Below, piece by piece: positions 1-8,680 of a stretch of DNA of 64,000 bases; position 1 is the first letter of the stretch, and each line of letters begins with the position of its first letter. The stretch comes from Actinomycetota bacterium (GTDB lineage Bacteria > Actinomycetota > CADDZG01 > JAHWKV01), in NCBI GenBank assembly GCA_019347715.1, contig JAHWKU010000002.1:118349-182348 (forward strand), written 5' to 3'. A program made the position numbers and the translations under genes. The notes beneath the pieces are model-generated. The model saw only the letters and a program-made list of their open reading frames with translations. It did no database searches and was not told the DNA's origin.

Positions 1-353
1 ATCTTCGTGGCTTCACTCACGATCCCTCCGGTGAACGTCTTCCACTTCAGGTTTGGTTCGACCCCGAGCATGAGTACGAAATCGGTCCCATCGTGGCTCG
101 CGAAGAACAGTTCGTTTCGCGGCCAGTCGATTCTCCTCGTCATTCCATCGGAGAGAGTGACGTTCGGACGGGTTACTTGGAAATCGTAGAAGTCCTCCGG
201 ATCGATGTGGGCAAACTTCGAGGCGTCCCACAATCCGATGAGGTGCTCCAGTGCAGTGGTCGTGGCCTGGCCCCCGTCGTTCCACCCCTGGAATGCGGCG
301 ATGAAGATTGGGCGATCCAGCTCTGGATGCTCCTCGTAGGTGATCACGGCCAT
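1..353 (-). CDS. PAC2 family protein (N-terminal part; gene continues past window start)
   Basis: Minus-strand translation from ATG at 351-353 reads MAVITYEEHPELDRPIFIAAFQGWNDGGQATTTALEHLIG..., a typical PAC2 (proteasome assembly chaperone-like) N-terminus. The frame stays open to position 1. Not in the ORF track because it runs off the edge. Confidence 0.6.
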   Translation of the reverse strand, partial: MAVITYEEHPELDRPIFIAAFQGWNDGGQATTTALEHLIGLWDASKFAHIDPEDFYDFQVTRPNVTLSDGMTRRIDWPRNELFFASHDGTDFVLMLGVEPNLKWKTFTGGIVSEATK

Positions 354-419
354 AGTCTGACCGCGGGAAACAGATTTTTCAGGGGTGTCTGCCCCCAGGG
401 TGGGTAGATAATCGAGCTG

Positions 420-1556
420 ATGGAGTTATCCGCGCCTCAACTGAGCCATGCCGAGCCCAAGACGCTGGCGCGTCTCGCCGAGACCACGGCCGAAGGGCCG
501 GTCCTTTCCTTGTTCATGGAGCTTGGTCCTGCTTTCGCTACGCCCCAGGCGAGGCAGAGCGAGCTCAATTCTCTGATGACCCTCGCTCAGCGAGAGATCG
601 AGCAAGACGGAGCCAAAAAGGAACTGAGCGAGGCGCTTCCGGTGCTCAAAGATCATCTTCAAAACGATGAGGACTGGTGGAAGGACGCCAGAGGCGCAGC
701 CGTCTACTTCTCGCCCGACGAAATCTTCGAGGTCGTGAGATGTCTCGAGCCCCTGGAAACCAAGGCCGAGGTTTCAGCTTGGCCGCACATAGAACCCCTG
801 TCGGAAGTTGTGACCGGAGATCTTTGGTGCGTGATGATGATCAGCCGCACCATAGCCCGCTACCTGATGGGTTTTCCGAGGCGACTAAGAGAGGTCGAAT
901 CCATTGAGGATGATGTCCGCGGTCAGCACTCCCAAGGTGGCTGGTCTCAGGCGAGATTTGAGCGCTCGGTAGAAAAGGACGTTCAGGATCACATCAAGAA
1001 GTCCACGGAAGAGTTGCGCGAGCTTCTGGGGAAGACACGATTTGATTGCTTGGTTGTGGTCACGCTGCCGGAGATGTGGCCGGACGTTGAAAGGGAGCTG
1101 CATTCGGATTTGAAGGACCGCCTTGCAGGGGTTTTGGAGCTCGACATCGAGCACTCATCGGTCGACGAAGTACGCAGCGAAGTAGAACAGCTCGCAGAGG
1201 TGCGTGACAACGAGAAAGAGAGGGGACTGCTCGATGCTCTGCAAGAGGGCCTCGGCAGGGGCGAGCGCGCGGCCGGCGGAGTGACGCAGGTGTTCGCTGC
1301 TCTGGCCGAGAACCGGGTGGCCACCTTTCTCGTCGATGAGTCTTTCGAGCGGGATGGAGTCGCCTGCACGTCCTGTGGGTGGGCGGGCCAGCAAGGCAAG
1401 GAGTGTCCTGTCGATTCCAAGCCGCTTCGTCAAGGTGTTGACCTGAAGGATTGGGGGATGCGAAGAACTCTCGCCAGTTCCGGCGACGTGAGGGTTGTGA
1501 AGTTCCATCCCGACCTTCAGTCCCAGGAAGGTATCGGGGCAATACTCCGATACTGA
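420..1556 (+). CDS. baeRF1 / Vms1-Ankzf1-like eRF1-domain protein (putative peptidyl-tRNA hydrolase or ribosome-rescue factor) with C-terminal Zn-ribbon
   Basis: 378 aa. The central motif RGQHSQGGWSQARFERSVEK parallels the eRF1/Dom34 GGQ-loop region (GGQSALRFARL). The C-terminus has CTSCGW...KECP cysteines. Size and architecture match the actinobacterial Rv2629-like family. Confidence 0.6.
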   Translation: MELSAPQLSHAEPKTLARLAETTAEGPVLSLFMELGPAFATPQARQSELNSLMTLAQREIEQDGAKKELSEALPVLKDHLQNDEDWWKDARGAAVYFSPDEIFEVVRCLEPLETKAEVSAWPHIEPLSEVVTGDLWCVMMISRTIARYLMGFPRRLREVESIEDDVRGQHSQGGWSQARFERSVEKDVQDHIKKSTEELRELLGKTRFDCLVVVTLPEMWPDVERELHSDLKDRLAGVLELDIEHSSVDEVRSEVEQLAEVRDNEKERGLLDALQEGLGRGERAAGGVTQVFAALAENRVATFLVDESFERDGVACTSCGWAGQQGKECPVDSKPLRQGVDLKDWGMRRTLASSGDVRVVKFHPDLQSQEGIGAILRY

Positions 1557-1569
1557 AAGGAGGTTCGTT

Positions 1570-2052
1570 ATGGGAAAGGGCAAAGCAAAACGCGAAAGTA
1601 GTGGACTAAAGAAGCTGCTACTGGCGGCGGGAGCGGGGGCCTTGGCTCTCTATCTATTCGATCCCGATCGCGGCAAGGGGCGCCGTGCGAGGGCCCGCGA
1701 CCAGATCATGGGTAAGTTGAGAAGGACCGAAAGAAGAGTGGCGAGAACCGGCCGCCATCTTGCCTCTGACGCAGAGGGACTACGGCAGAGGGTCGCTCAT
1801 TCATCGTCGGATGCCAAGACGTACGACGACGTTACTCTCGCTCAGAAAGTTTCGAGCGAGTTATTCGTTGATCCGCAGATACCGAAGGATCGGATCAACA
1901 TCAATGCTGAAGACGGCGTCATAGTCCTGCGCGGTGAAGTCGATGAACAAAAGGACGTAAAGAAGATCGAGCGACTGGTAAAGAAGATCGACGGAGTCGA
2001 AGACGTAAACAACCTTCTTCACCTGGTTGGGACACCAGCTCCAAACAAGTAA
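1570..2052 (+). CDS. BON domain-containing protein
   Basis: 160 aa with N-terminal hydrophobic segment. C-terminal ININAEDGVIVLRGEVDEQKDVKKIERLVKKIDGVEDVNNLL is a BON (OsmY-like) domain. Strong RBS AAGGAGG before the ATG. Confidence 0.7.
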   Translation: MGKGKAKRESSGLKKLLLAAGAGALALYLFDPDRGKGRRARARDQIMGKLRRTERRVARTGRHLASDAEGLRQRVAHSSSDAKTYDDVTLAQKVSSELFVDPQIPKDRININAEDGVIVLRGEVDEQKDVKKIERLVKKIDGVEDVNNLLHLVGTPAPNK

Positions 2053-2065
2053 TCCCGGAGCGGAA

Positions 2066-4267
2066 CTAGCTCCTGGATGGGACGAGGATCGCTATGGCAT
2101 CCTGCAGAGTATCTACTCCACGGATGTCGATCCTCCCGTTACGCACGCTTTCTAGGTCCTCGACCGGTACGAGAAAAAGTCCGGCGTCTGCGTCTTGAGC
2201 TGAGGATCTTTTCTGAACGAGTCCTCCAACGGCACCGACGTCACCGCCGAGCAGGATGGTTCCAGATGCTGCGATCGTTCTTCCCTGAGCAAGGTCCCGC
2301 TCGTCGAGCATGTCCGCAATGGCGAGGGCGTATGCGAGACCGGCCGATGGCCCCCCGATGTCTTCAGCTTCCTCAAAGGTGATCTCGAAGGGTAAATCGA
2401 CGTTCAAATCTCTTGTCTCAACCCAGACGCCGATCGCCACCAGCCCCTCCTGGTCCTGGAACTGTCTGCTGGCCACCGAGAGCTCGAGCGTCTCTCCGTT
2501 GCGTTCTACTTGAAAGGCAAAATTCGTACCTGCAGGCTTCGAGGTGACTATTCGTCGCAGATCGAGGATGGTTTTGATCGATTCCCCGTTGGCTGCGGTG
2601 AGAACATCGCCGTCTTGAAGGATCCCGTTTGCCGGAGCGTCGGGGAGAACTCCCAAGACTCTCGCTCCCGTCCCCTCGATCGATACGTCGAGGCCCACGG
2701 CCTGACCGGCGGCGGCTGCGGCGATCATCCGACTTTCTCGGAAGATGCTTCTCTGTTGCCGGGTGAACTCGCGTGGCTCTACCCCTTCGGGTATCAGCGC
2801 GGAGAGGGGAATGAGGTTTTGTTCGGGATGAAAGAACGCATAGATCGCCCCGAGCGCACTCGGCTGATCGACTCTAACGGTCACGAGCAGATACTCCCCG
2901 TTGACTTCGCCGGCCGGCACTCCTGTGATCTCGATTCCCTCTGTCACGTTTTCGGTAGGACCGGGCATGATCACTGCTAGAGGAGGGTGATAGAAGGCCC
3001 CAGCGGCCAGGGCGATCGCAAGAAAGACAATTACCCATACCAGCGTTCCTGCGCGCCGGGCCTGTTCCGTCGGTTCGAAGCCCCTGGCCTCCTCCAGCTC
3101 CAGGACTTTGGAGACGTCGGAGGCCGAGACGATCCCAATCAGGCGATCGTTGTCCAGCACGATGCCTCTTCCTGGGGGAGAACGGAGTGCAGCGAAGGCA
3201 TCCATGACCGGCGTTTCCGACGCAAAAGCCGGAGTCTCCTCGCGCGTGAGCATCACGCCGTGAACTCTGATCTCGTCTCGATCTTCCTGCGGAACTTCTC
3301 CTGCCAGCTTGAGCGAAATGAGTCCGACTACCGTGCCCTGCTCGGCAACTGGATAAGCCGAGTGACCTTTGGGTTTCACGACATCGTTTAGGAATTCGTT
3401 GATGGTGAGATTCGGGTCGACCACTACCGGGTCGGGGGTCATGAGGTCTCTCACCGTTAGCCCACGAAATGCCCTGCGGACTACAACGAACGCAGCTTCA
3501 CCCTGCGCCGCCTGCAGCAGGAACCAGCCGAGAAAGATGAACCAGATTCCTCCGGTGAAAGCCGAATTGAACAGACCAAGGATCCCGAAAGCGATGAGTA
3601 CATAGGCAAAAGCCTTGCCGGCTCTGGCTGCCGAGATAGTGGCTGCCGTGAAGCTTTGCTGCCGGTGCCACAGCCAAGAGCGAAGCACCCGGCCCCCGTC
3701 GAGTGGAAGGGCCGGGACCATATTGAACGCCACAACGATCGCGTTGATGCGAGCGAGGTACTCGGCCCCACCCCGAAAGGCGAGGGGGAGATCGAGGCTG
3801 GTGGCGGCGAGCGCGGCCAGATAAAAGACTCCTGCCAGGAGCACCGAAACGATGGGTCCTGCTATGGCGATCCGAAACTCTGCGCCGGCAGAGGGAAACA
3901 TGCCCTCGAATCGAGCCACTCCCCCGAAGAGCCAAAGTGTGATGTCTCCGACCTTCATCCCCTCTCTTATCGCTCTGAAGGAATGACCGAGCTCGTGCAG
4001 GAGGATAGATGCGAAAAAGACAACAGCGGTCACGATTCCCATCACCAGATAGGTGCGTTCGGATAGCCCTGGATAGGTAGATGGGAACAGCCTGTCGGAC
4101 AGCGACCAAGCGATGAGACCGAAAACGAGAACCCAGGTCCAATGCGCTCCGATCCTGATTCCCCGGACGCGCATGATCGTGAAGCTGGGCGCGAGCGGAT
4201 CTTCGGCGCCGGCCCTCTTCCGCCGGGGACGCTTTTCGGTGGAGTTCACTTCAGGCAGCTGATTCAT
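2066..4267 (-). CDS. Fusion protein: M50 site-2 protease with CBS pair, followed by a TM segment, PDZ domain and Lon-like (S16, YlbL-type) protease domain
   Basis: Single 733-aa ORF. The N-terminal half has HELGH (HExxH) and a DG motif in TM helices plus two CBS-like segments (Rip/M50 with CBS). After residue ~400 comes a hydrophobic helix, a PDZ-like region (GDVLTAANGESIKT) and the Lon C-terminal catalytic region (GPSAGLAYALAIADML). No in-frame ATG/GTG/TTG at the junction that would start a separate YlbL-like gene. Confidence 0.65.
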   Translation of the reverse strand: MNQLPEVNSTEKRPRRKRAGAEDPLAPSFTIMRVRGIRIGAHWTWVLVFGLIAWSLSDRLFPSTYPGLSERTYLVMGIVTAVVFFASILLHELGHSFRAIREGMKVGDITLWLFGGVARFEGMFPSAGAEFRIAIAGPIVSVLLAGVFYLAALAATSLDLPLAFRGGAEYLARINAIVVAFNMVPALPLDGGRVLRSWLWHRQQSFTAATISAARAGKAFAYVLIAFGILGLFNSAFTGGIWFIFLGWFLLQAAQGEAAFVVVRRAFRGLTVRDLMTPDPVVVDPNLTINEFLNDVVKPKGHSAYPVAEQGTVVGLISLKLAGEVPQEDRDEIRVHGVMLTREETPAFASETPVMDAFAALRSPPGRGIVLDNDRLIGIVSASDVSKVLELEEARGFEPTEQARRAGTLVWVIVFLAIALAAGAFYHPPLAVIMPGPTENVTEGIEITGVPAGEVNGEYLLVTVRVDQPSALGAIYAFFHPEQNLIPLSALIPEGVEPREFTRQQRSIFRESRMIAAAAAGQAVGLDVSIEGTGARVLGVLPDAPANGILQDGDVLTAANGESIKTILDLRRIVTSKPAGTNFAFQVERNGETLELSVASRQFQDQEGLVAIGVWVETRDLNVDLPFEITFEEAEDIGGPSAGLAYALAIADMLDERDLAQGRTIAASGTILLGGDVGAVGGLVQKRSSAQDADAGLFLVPVEDLESVRNGRIDIRGVDTLQDAIAILVPSRS

Positions 4268-5270
4268 TCAACCTGTCGATCAAAAGGCGAAGTCTTCCCG
4301 CATGCAGTCGGTGGAATTTGATTGCGATGCGCGGAAGATCGGGGACATCATCATCTCTCTTTTCTGCCGGAGATGGTTCCGCCCGCTCGATGGGGGCGGT
4401 AAGCGCGTCCGAAAACTCATCGAAGAGTTCTTTCAAAACGGATTCGGGGGGTTCGACATTTAGTCTCAGGATTAGAGTGCCTCCCACGAATCTCTGAGAG
4501 TGATAGACGCGATAGAAGTTCTCGATCTCCTCGACGGCATCCTCGATCCGGTGGTAGCAGCGATAGAGATTCAGGTCGCTGTCATCGATCATCCTTCGCT
4601 TAAGGAGCTCGTTTCTTAGGTGCTCGTCGAAGGCCTTCCAGTAAGTGCCACCTTCCGGCTCGAGCATCACGATCGGATGAAGGTCGCTTTTGCCCGTTTG
4701 CACCAGCGTCAAGAGTTCGTAAGCCTCGTCTAGAGTCCCGAAGCCCCCGGGAAGAAGGACGAATGCATCGGCCTCTTTCATAAACATGAGTTTGCGCGTG
4801 AAGAAGTATTTGAAGTTGATCAGCTTCGGATCTCCCGCGATCACCGGGTTCGGTTCGGCCTCGAACGGAAGACGGATGTTGACGCCGAAGGATCTCGCAC
4901 CACCTGCCCCCTCGTGACCCGCTTCCATGATCCCGGGGCCTGCCCCGGTGACCACCATCCAGCCGAGGTCGGCGATCAGCTTCGAGAAATCTCTGGCCAC
5001 CTCGTATTCCGGGTCGCCCTTGGCGGTGCGGGCCGACCCGAAGATGCTCACTTTGCGGGTATCGCGGTAAGCGCCGAAGATCTGAAAGGCGTAGCGCATT
5101 TCTTTGAGCGCCGAGTTTGCGAGGTTGCGATCGGTACGGGAGATGGGATCGCGGGCCATGCGCATAACGGTCGCCAGCATCTCAAACATGAGATCGTCGC
5201 CGGGGGCATAGCGCTCCAGAACGCCATGCAGCTCCCGATCCAGTTCCGCATCGCCGCTGCCATACTTCAT
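4251..5270 (-). CDS. LOG family protein (TIGR00730 Rossmann fold, putative cytokinin riboside 5'-monophosphate phosphoribohydrolase-like)
   Basis: 339 aa with the PGGFGTLDE motif and the GSAR...G signature of the LOG/YvdD family. Overlaps the downstream protease gene by 17 nt, so they form an operon. Confidence 0.75.
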   Translation of the reverse strand: MKYGSGDAELDRELHGVLERYAPGDDLMFEMLATVMRMARDPISRTDRNLANSALKEMRYAFQIFGAYRDTRKVSIFGSARTAKGDPEYEVARDFSKLIADLGWMVVTGAGPGIMEAGHEGAGGARSFGVNIRLPFEAEPNPVIAGDPKLINFKYFFTRKLMFMKEADAFVLLPGGFGTLDEAYELLTLVQTGKSDLHPIVMLEPEGGTYWKAFDEHLRNELLKRRMIDDSDLNLYRCYHRIEDAVEEIENFYRVYHSQRFVGGTLILRLNVEPPESVLKELFDEFSDALTAPIERAEPSPAEKRDDDVPDLPRIAIKFHRLHAGRLRLLIDRLNESAA

Positions 5271-5351
5271 CCACCCATCGTAACCGCCTCCCGGGACTTC
5301 CCCCCCGGGAGGCGCGACTCACAAATATTTCCAGTGTGAAGCGGGTAAAGA

Positions 5352-6047
5352 ATGTGCGCCGTGAGGAGATTTGCGATCGGACTGGCCATGCTGGTTCTCA
5401 CCGCGGCCTGCAACATCCCCCGTGACCCCGAAGGAACATTGGAGCGCGTCACTGGCGGAACCCTTCGAGTGGGGATCACCGAGAGCGATCCGTGGGTGAT
5501 CATTAAGGACGAACCAACCGGAGTCGAGGTGACCCTGGTCGAAGGGTTCGCGAAGACCCTCAGCGCGGACATCGAGTGGGTCGAGGGGACCGAGGCCGAC
5601 TTGATAGGAGCTTTGGAGCGACGTGAGCTGGACCTAGTGATCGGGGGTTTTACTTCCAACAGTCCGTGGGGGCAGAAGGCTGCCATCACGGTCCACTATC
5701 ACGAGGTGGTGGTGGTCGTTGCCGTGCCGGAAGGTGATGATCCTCCCAACGACCTAACCGGACAGGAGGTCACGGTCGAATCCCATTCGGAGACCGCCGG
5801 GCTGGTGGAGGACAAGGGGGCCGAGCCCAATCGCGTGCCTGAGATCGAGTCGGTCGAAGGCCCCACCGCGTTGGAGGACTACCGGCTGGAGAACCTCGAA
5901 GCCAAACCCACCGGTCACATATTGACGCGCCATAAACATTCGATGGCGGCCGCTCCCGGTGAAAACGCCTTTCTGGTAAGCCTGGAGAGGTACCTGCGCT
6001 CGAGGCGAGCCGACGTGCCTCGTCTTCTGCAGGAGTTCTCACAGTGA
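5352..6047 (+). CDS. Lipoprotein with substrate-binding-protein family 3-like (amino-acid SBP) domain
   Basis: Signal peptide with lipobox LTAAC. TLRVGITESDPW...VEGF...DLVIGGFT resembles the N-lobe of SBP_bac_3 proteins. Stop overlaps the start of the next gene (ATGA). Confidence 0.5.
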   Translation: MCAVRRFAIGLAMLVLTAACNIPRDPEGTLERVTGGTLRVGITESDPWVIIKDEPTGVEVTLVEGFAKTLSADIEWVEGTEADLIGALERRELDLVIGGFTSNSPWGQKAAITVHYHEVVVVVAVPEGDDPPNDLTGQEVTVESHSETAGLVEDKGAEPNRVPEIESVEGPTALEDYRLENLEAKPTGHILTRHKHSMAAAPGENAFLVSLERYLRSRRADVPRLLQEFSQ

Positions 6048-7015
6048 GCAGCCTTTGGGACGACCACGAACTGCCCCCCGACAAGGATCGGATCAACTCC
6101 AGGGCGGTCAAGATCGAGTGGATCACCATCATCTTTCTCATCTCGGCGATCGTGCTCATGTACTTCGCGCTCGGCTCGTCGCAGGCGATGAAGACGGCAT
6201 GGGTCGAAGACATCCTGAGCCTGATCCCGCCCATCGCCTTCCTATATGCCAACCGGGTCCGGCGTAGACCTCGGAACAAGGACTTCCCTTACGGGTATCA
6301 CCGAGCGGTCTCCATCGCCTTTTTGCTTGCGGCGATCGCGCTCTTCACCTTGGGGGCACTTCTGTTCATGGACTCGCTGATGAAGCTGCTGGCGTTCGAA
6401 CATCCCTCCATCGGAACGGTCGAGCTGATGGGCCGTCAGATCTGGCTCGGGTGGCTGATGATCGCAGTCCTCGCGTACACGACGGTCCCGGCGATCATCC
6501 TCGGCCGGATGAAACTGCCACTAGCTCGGCAGCTCCACGACAAGGTCCTTCACGCCGATGCAGAGATGAACAAAGCCGACTGGCTGACCGCCGTCGCAGC
6601 CATGCTGGGAATCCTCGGGATCGGTCTAGGGTATTTCTGGGCCGATGCCGTTGCCGCCATCGTCATCTCTCTCGACATCCTCTATGACGGTTTCAAGAAC
6701 CTAAAGGGCGTGGTCTGGGATCTGATGGACGCCTCTCCCCGAACCGTCGAGCACGAAAAGACCGATCCTCTTCCGGCCCGCCTGGAGACCGAGCTGGCGA
6801 AGCTGCCGTACGTGAGCGCCGTGAAGATCAGGCTTCGAGAAGAGGGCCACGTGTACTTCGGCGAGGCATGGATCAAATTTCGCGGCGGAGAGGACATCGC
6901 AAAGCGAGCGACCGAGGCGGCCGAGCACGCCCGCTCCCTCGACTGGCGGATGCACGACCTGGCGGTGATGCCGGTGGAGGAACTTCCCGAAGAGTTGCCT
7001 GACCGCGAGCATTGA
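6044..7015 (+). CDS. Cation diffusion facilitator (CDF) family transporter
   Basis: 323 aa with six predicted TM helices and the CDF signature region (FPYGYHRAVSIAFLLAA...), plus a C-terminal cytoplasmic domain. Confidence 0.75.
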   Translation: MSSLWDDHELPPDKDRINSRAVKIEWITIIFLISAIVLMYFALGSSQAMKTAWVEDILSLIPPIAFLYANRVRRRPRNKDFPYGYHRAVSIAFLLAAIALFTLGALLFMDSLMKLLAFEHPSIGTVELMGRQIWLGWLMIAVLAYTTVPAIILGRMKLPLARQLHDKVLHADAEMNKADWLTAVAAMLGILGIGLGYFWADAVAAIVISLDILYDGFKNLKGVVWDLMDASPRTVEHEKTDPLPARLETELAKLPYVSAVKIRLREEGHVYFGEAWIKFRGGEDIAKRATEAAEHARSLDWRMHDLAVMPVEELPEELPDREH

Positions 7016-7062
7016 CGAAGCTCATGCGATCTCTGGGCCGGGCCCCTCTGCACGTCTTCGCT

Positions 7063-8016
7063 TCACGGATCCGTTCGAGAATGGCTGCTCGTTCTTCCCC
7101 TCCCGGCGGCTGCTTCGGTGACCACAAGAGTTTGATCTTCGACACCTAGGCCCTGGACGGCGGCTGCAGAGGCTCCACCTACTCGAGACGGCCCCACCTC
7201 TAAACGACGGGCAAACGTAGACAGAGCGAAATTGATCACGAAGTAGATCACCCCCGCGACGATGAAGGTTTCGATCGGATTGAAGGCCTGCTGCTGGATG
7301 ATGTAGAGCCTGCGGTATAGCTCTGTCACTGTGATGATAGATAGAAGCGAGGTGTCCTTTATCAAAGTGACCAGCTGCGACACCATCGAAGGCACCATCC
7401 GCCGCATCGCCTGGGGCAAGACCACGAAACGAAGCTTTTTCACGTACGACAGACCTATTGCGTCGGCGGCCTCGAATTGCCCCCGATCCAAGGACAGGAT
7501 CCCGGCCCGGATGATCTCGGCGAGCACGCATGACGTGTAAAGCGTGAGAGCAAATATCCCGGCTCGCAGAGCGGTCAGCTGTAGACCCAACTTCGGGGCC
7601 GCAATGAATGTGTAGAGGATCAGAAGAAACAGGGGGGCCGAGCGGATCGTCTGGATTAGCGTTGTGGCTGGAGCGCTCAGAGCGTAGCGCACAACGGTCG
7701 GAGCAGGAAACCGCAGCCTCGGGTTCCGGGTGAGTCGCAAAAGCGCCAGCAGGGTCCCGAAGAACAGAGACAGCAGGATCGAGATGACTGCCGCCTCGAG
7801 CGTAAGGATGAGGCCGCGCCCGACGAAGGTCCAGTAGTTCAAAGCGGTGCCATCGCCGATCCCCTTATAAAAGGGGGCCCACCTTCGCTGGAATCTTTCC
7901 ACTCTCTCGCCGATGTCGCCAGGCCCGTACATCCGATAGCCGGCCCAGACGAACAAAGCTACGAAGGCGGCGCTCCCCCCGATCCCGATGGTCCATCTGA
8001 GGATCCGTTTTCTCAT
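7063..8016 (-). CDS. Polar amino-acid ABC transporter permease (GluD/HisM-like) with N-terminal extension
   Basis: EAA-loop motif EAADAIGLS...LRFVVLPQAMRRMVP. Last gene of a four-gene minus-strand ABC operon. Confidence 0.8.
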   Translation of the reverse strand: MRKRILRWTIGIGGSAAFVALFVWAGYRMYGPGDIGERVERFQRRWAPFYKGIGDGTALNYWTFVGRGLILTLEAAVISILLSLFFGTLLALLRLTRNPRLRFPAPTVVRYALSAPATTLIQTIRSAPLFLLILYTFIAAPKLGLQLTALRAGIFALTLYTSCVLAEIIRAGILSLDRGQFEAADAIGLSYVKKLRFVVLPQAMRRMVPSMVSQLVTLIKDTSLLSIITVTELYRRLYIIQQQAFNPIETFIVAGVIYFVINFALSTFARRLEVGPSRVGGASAAAVQGLGVEDQTLVVTEAAAGRGRTSSHSRTDP

Positions 8017-8663
8017 CGGGCGATCCTCAGTTTTTTCTCTAGACGTGACACCGCGAACGACAGCGGTAGCGTGATGGTGAGGAAGGCGAAGATCGCCCCG
8101 TTGTAAACCTCGAAGGTGGCAAACGTCCTGGAGTCCAGAATCTGGGTCTGATAGAGGAGTTCGGGAAAGGCGATCGATGCCGCGATAGCCGAGTTTTTGA
8201 CCATAGCGATCATGAGGTTGCCGAGGGGAGGGATAACCGTCCGTAGGGCCTGAGGCAGGACGACAAGACGCATGGTCTTTGGAAACGTCATGCCGATGGA
8301 ACGGGCGGCCTCGATCTGGCGGGGTCCGATCGAAGCGATCCCAGAACGCACCGTCTCAGTGACGTAGGCCCCCGTGTACAGAGTGAGCACGATGGCCGCC
8401 GCAGTGAAGGGCCTTAGGCGGATCCCAAGTGAGCCCAAACCGAGGTAGGCGAAGCTCATCTGTAATAAAAGGGGAGTGTTACGAAAGACTTCGACCTCCA
8501 CCCTGGCAAGGCGGGGGAGCATCGGGACCGGCGCGATCCTGAGCACCGCAACGAAGGTGCCGAGCACCAAGCTTCCGCCGAAGGCGACCGCTACCAGATA
8601 GAGGGTGTTGCGATAACCCTCTAAAAGAAAGGGGAGGTTCTCAGTGAGAACCTCCCCAATCAT
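8013..8663 (-). CDS. Polar amino-acid ABC transporter permease (GluC/HisQ-like)
   Basis: EAARSIGMTFPKTMRLVVLPQALRTVIPPLGN EAA motif and 5 TM helices. 4-nt overlap with the downstream permease. Confidence 0.8.
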   Translation of the reverse strand: MIGEVLTENLPFLLEGYRNTLYLVAVAFGGSLVLGTFVAVLRIAPVPMLPRLARVEVEVFRNTPLLLQMSFAYLGLGSLGIRLRPFTAAAIVLTLYTGAYVTETVRSGIASIGPRQIEAARSIGMTFPKTMRLVVLPQALRTVIPPLGNLMIAMVKNSAIAASIAFPELLYQTQILDSRTFATFEVYNGAIFAFLTITLPLSFAVSRLEKKLRIAR

Positions 8664-8680
8664 CGATCAGCGAGACGGTT

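Noticed and set aside
989-1583. Three overlapping minus-strand ORFs inside the baeRF1-like gene
   Set aside because: Ser/Arg/Pro-rich compositions typical of spurious high-GC ORFs. The plus-strand gene has motif support.
2055-2076. Weak 5-bp hairpin (GGAGC/GCTCC) between the convergent BON and protease genes as a terminator
   Set aside because: Stem too short and overlaps the protease stop codon, with no U-tract. Left unannotated.
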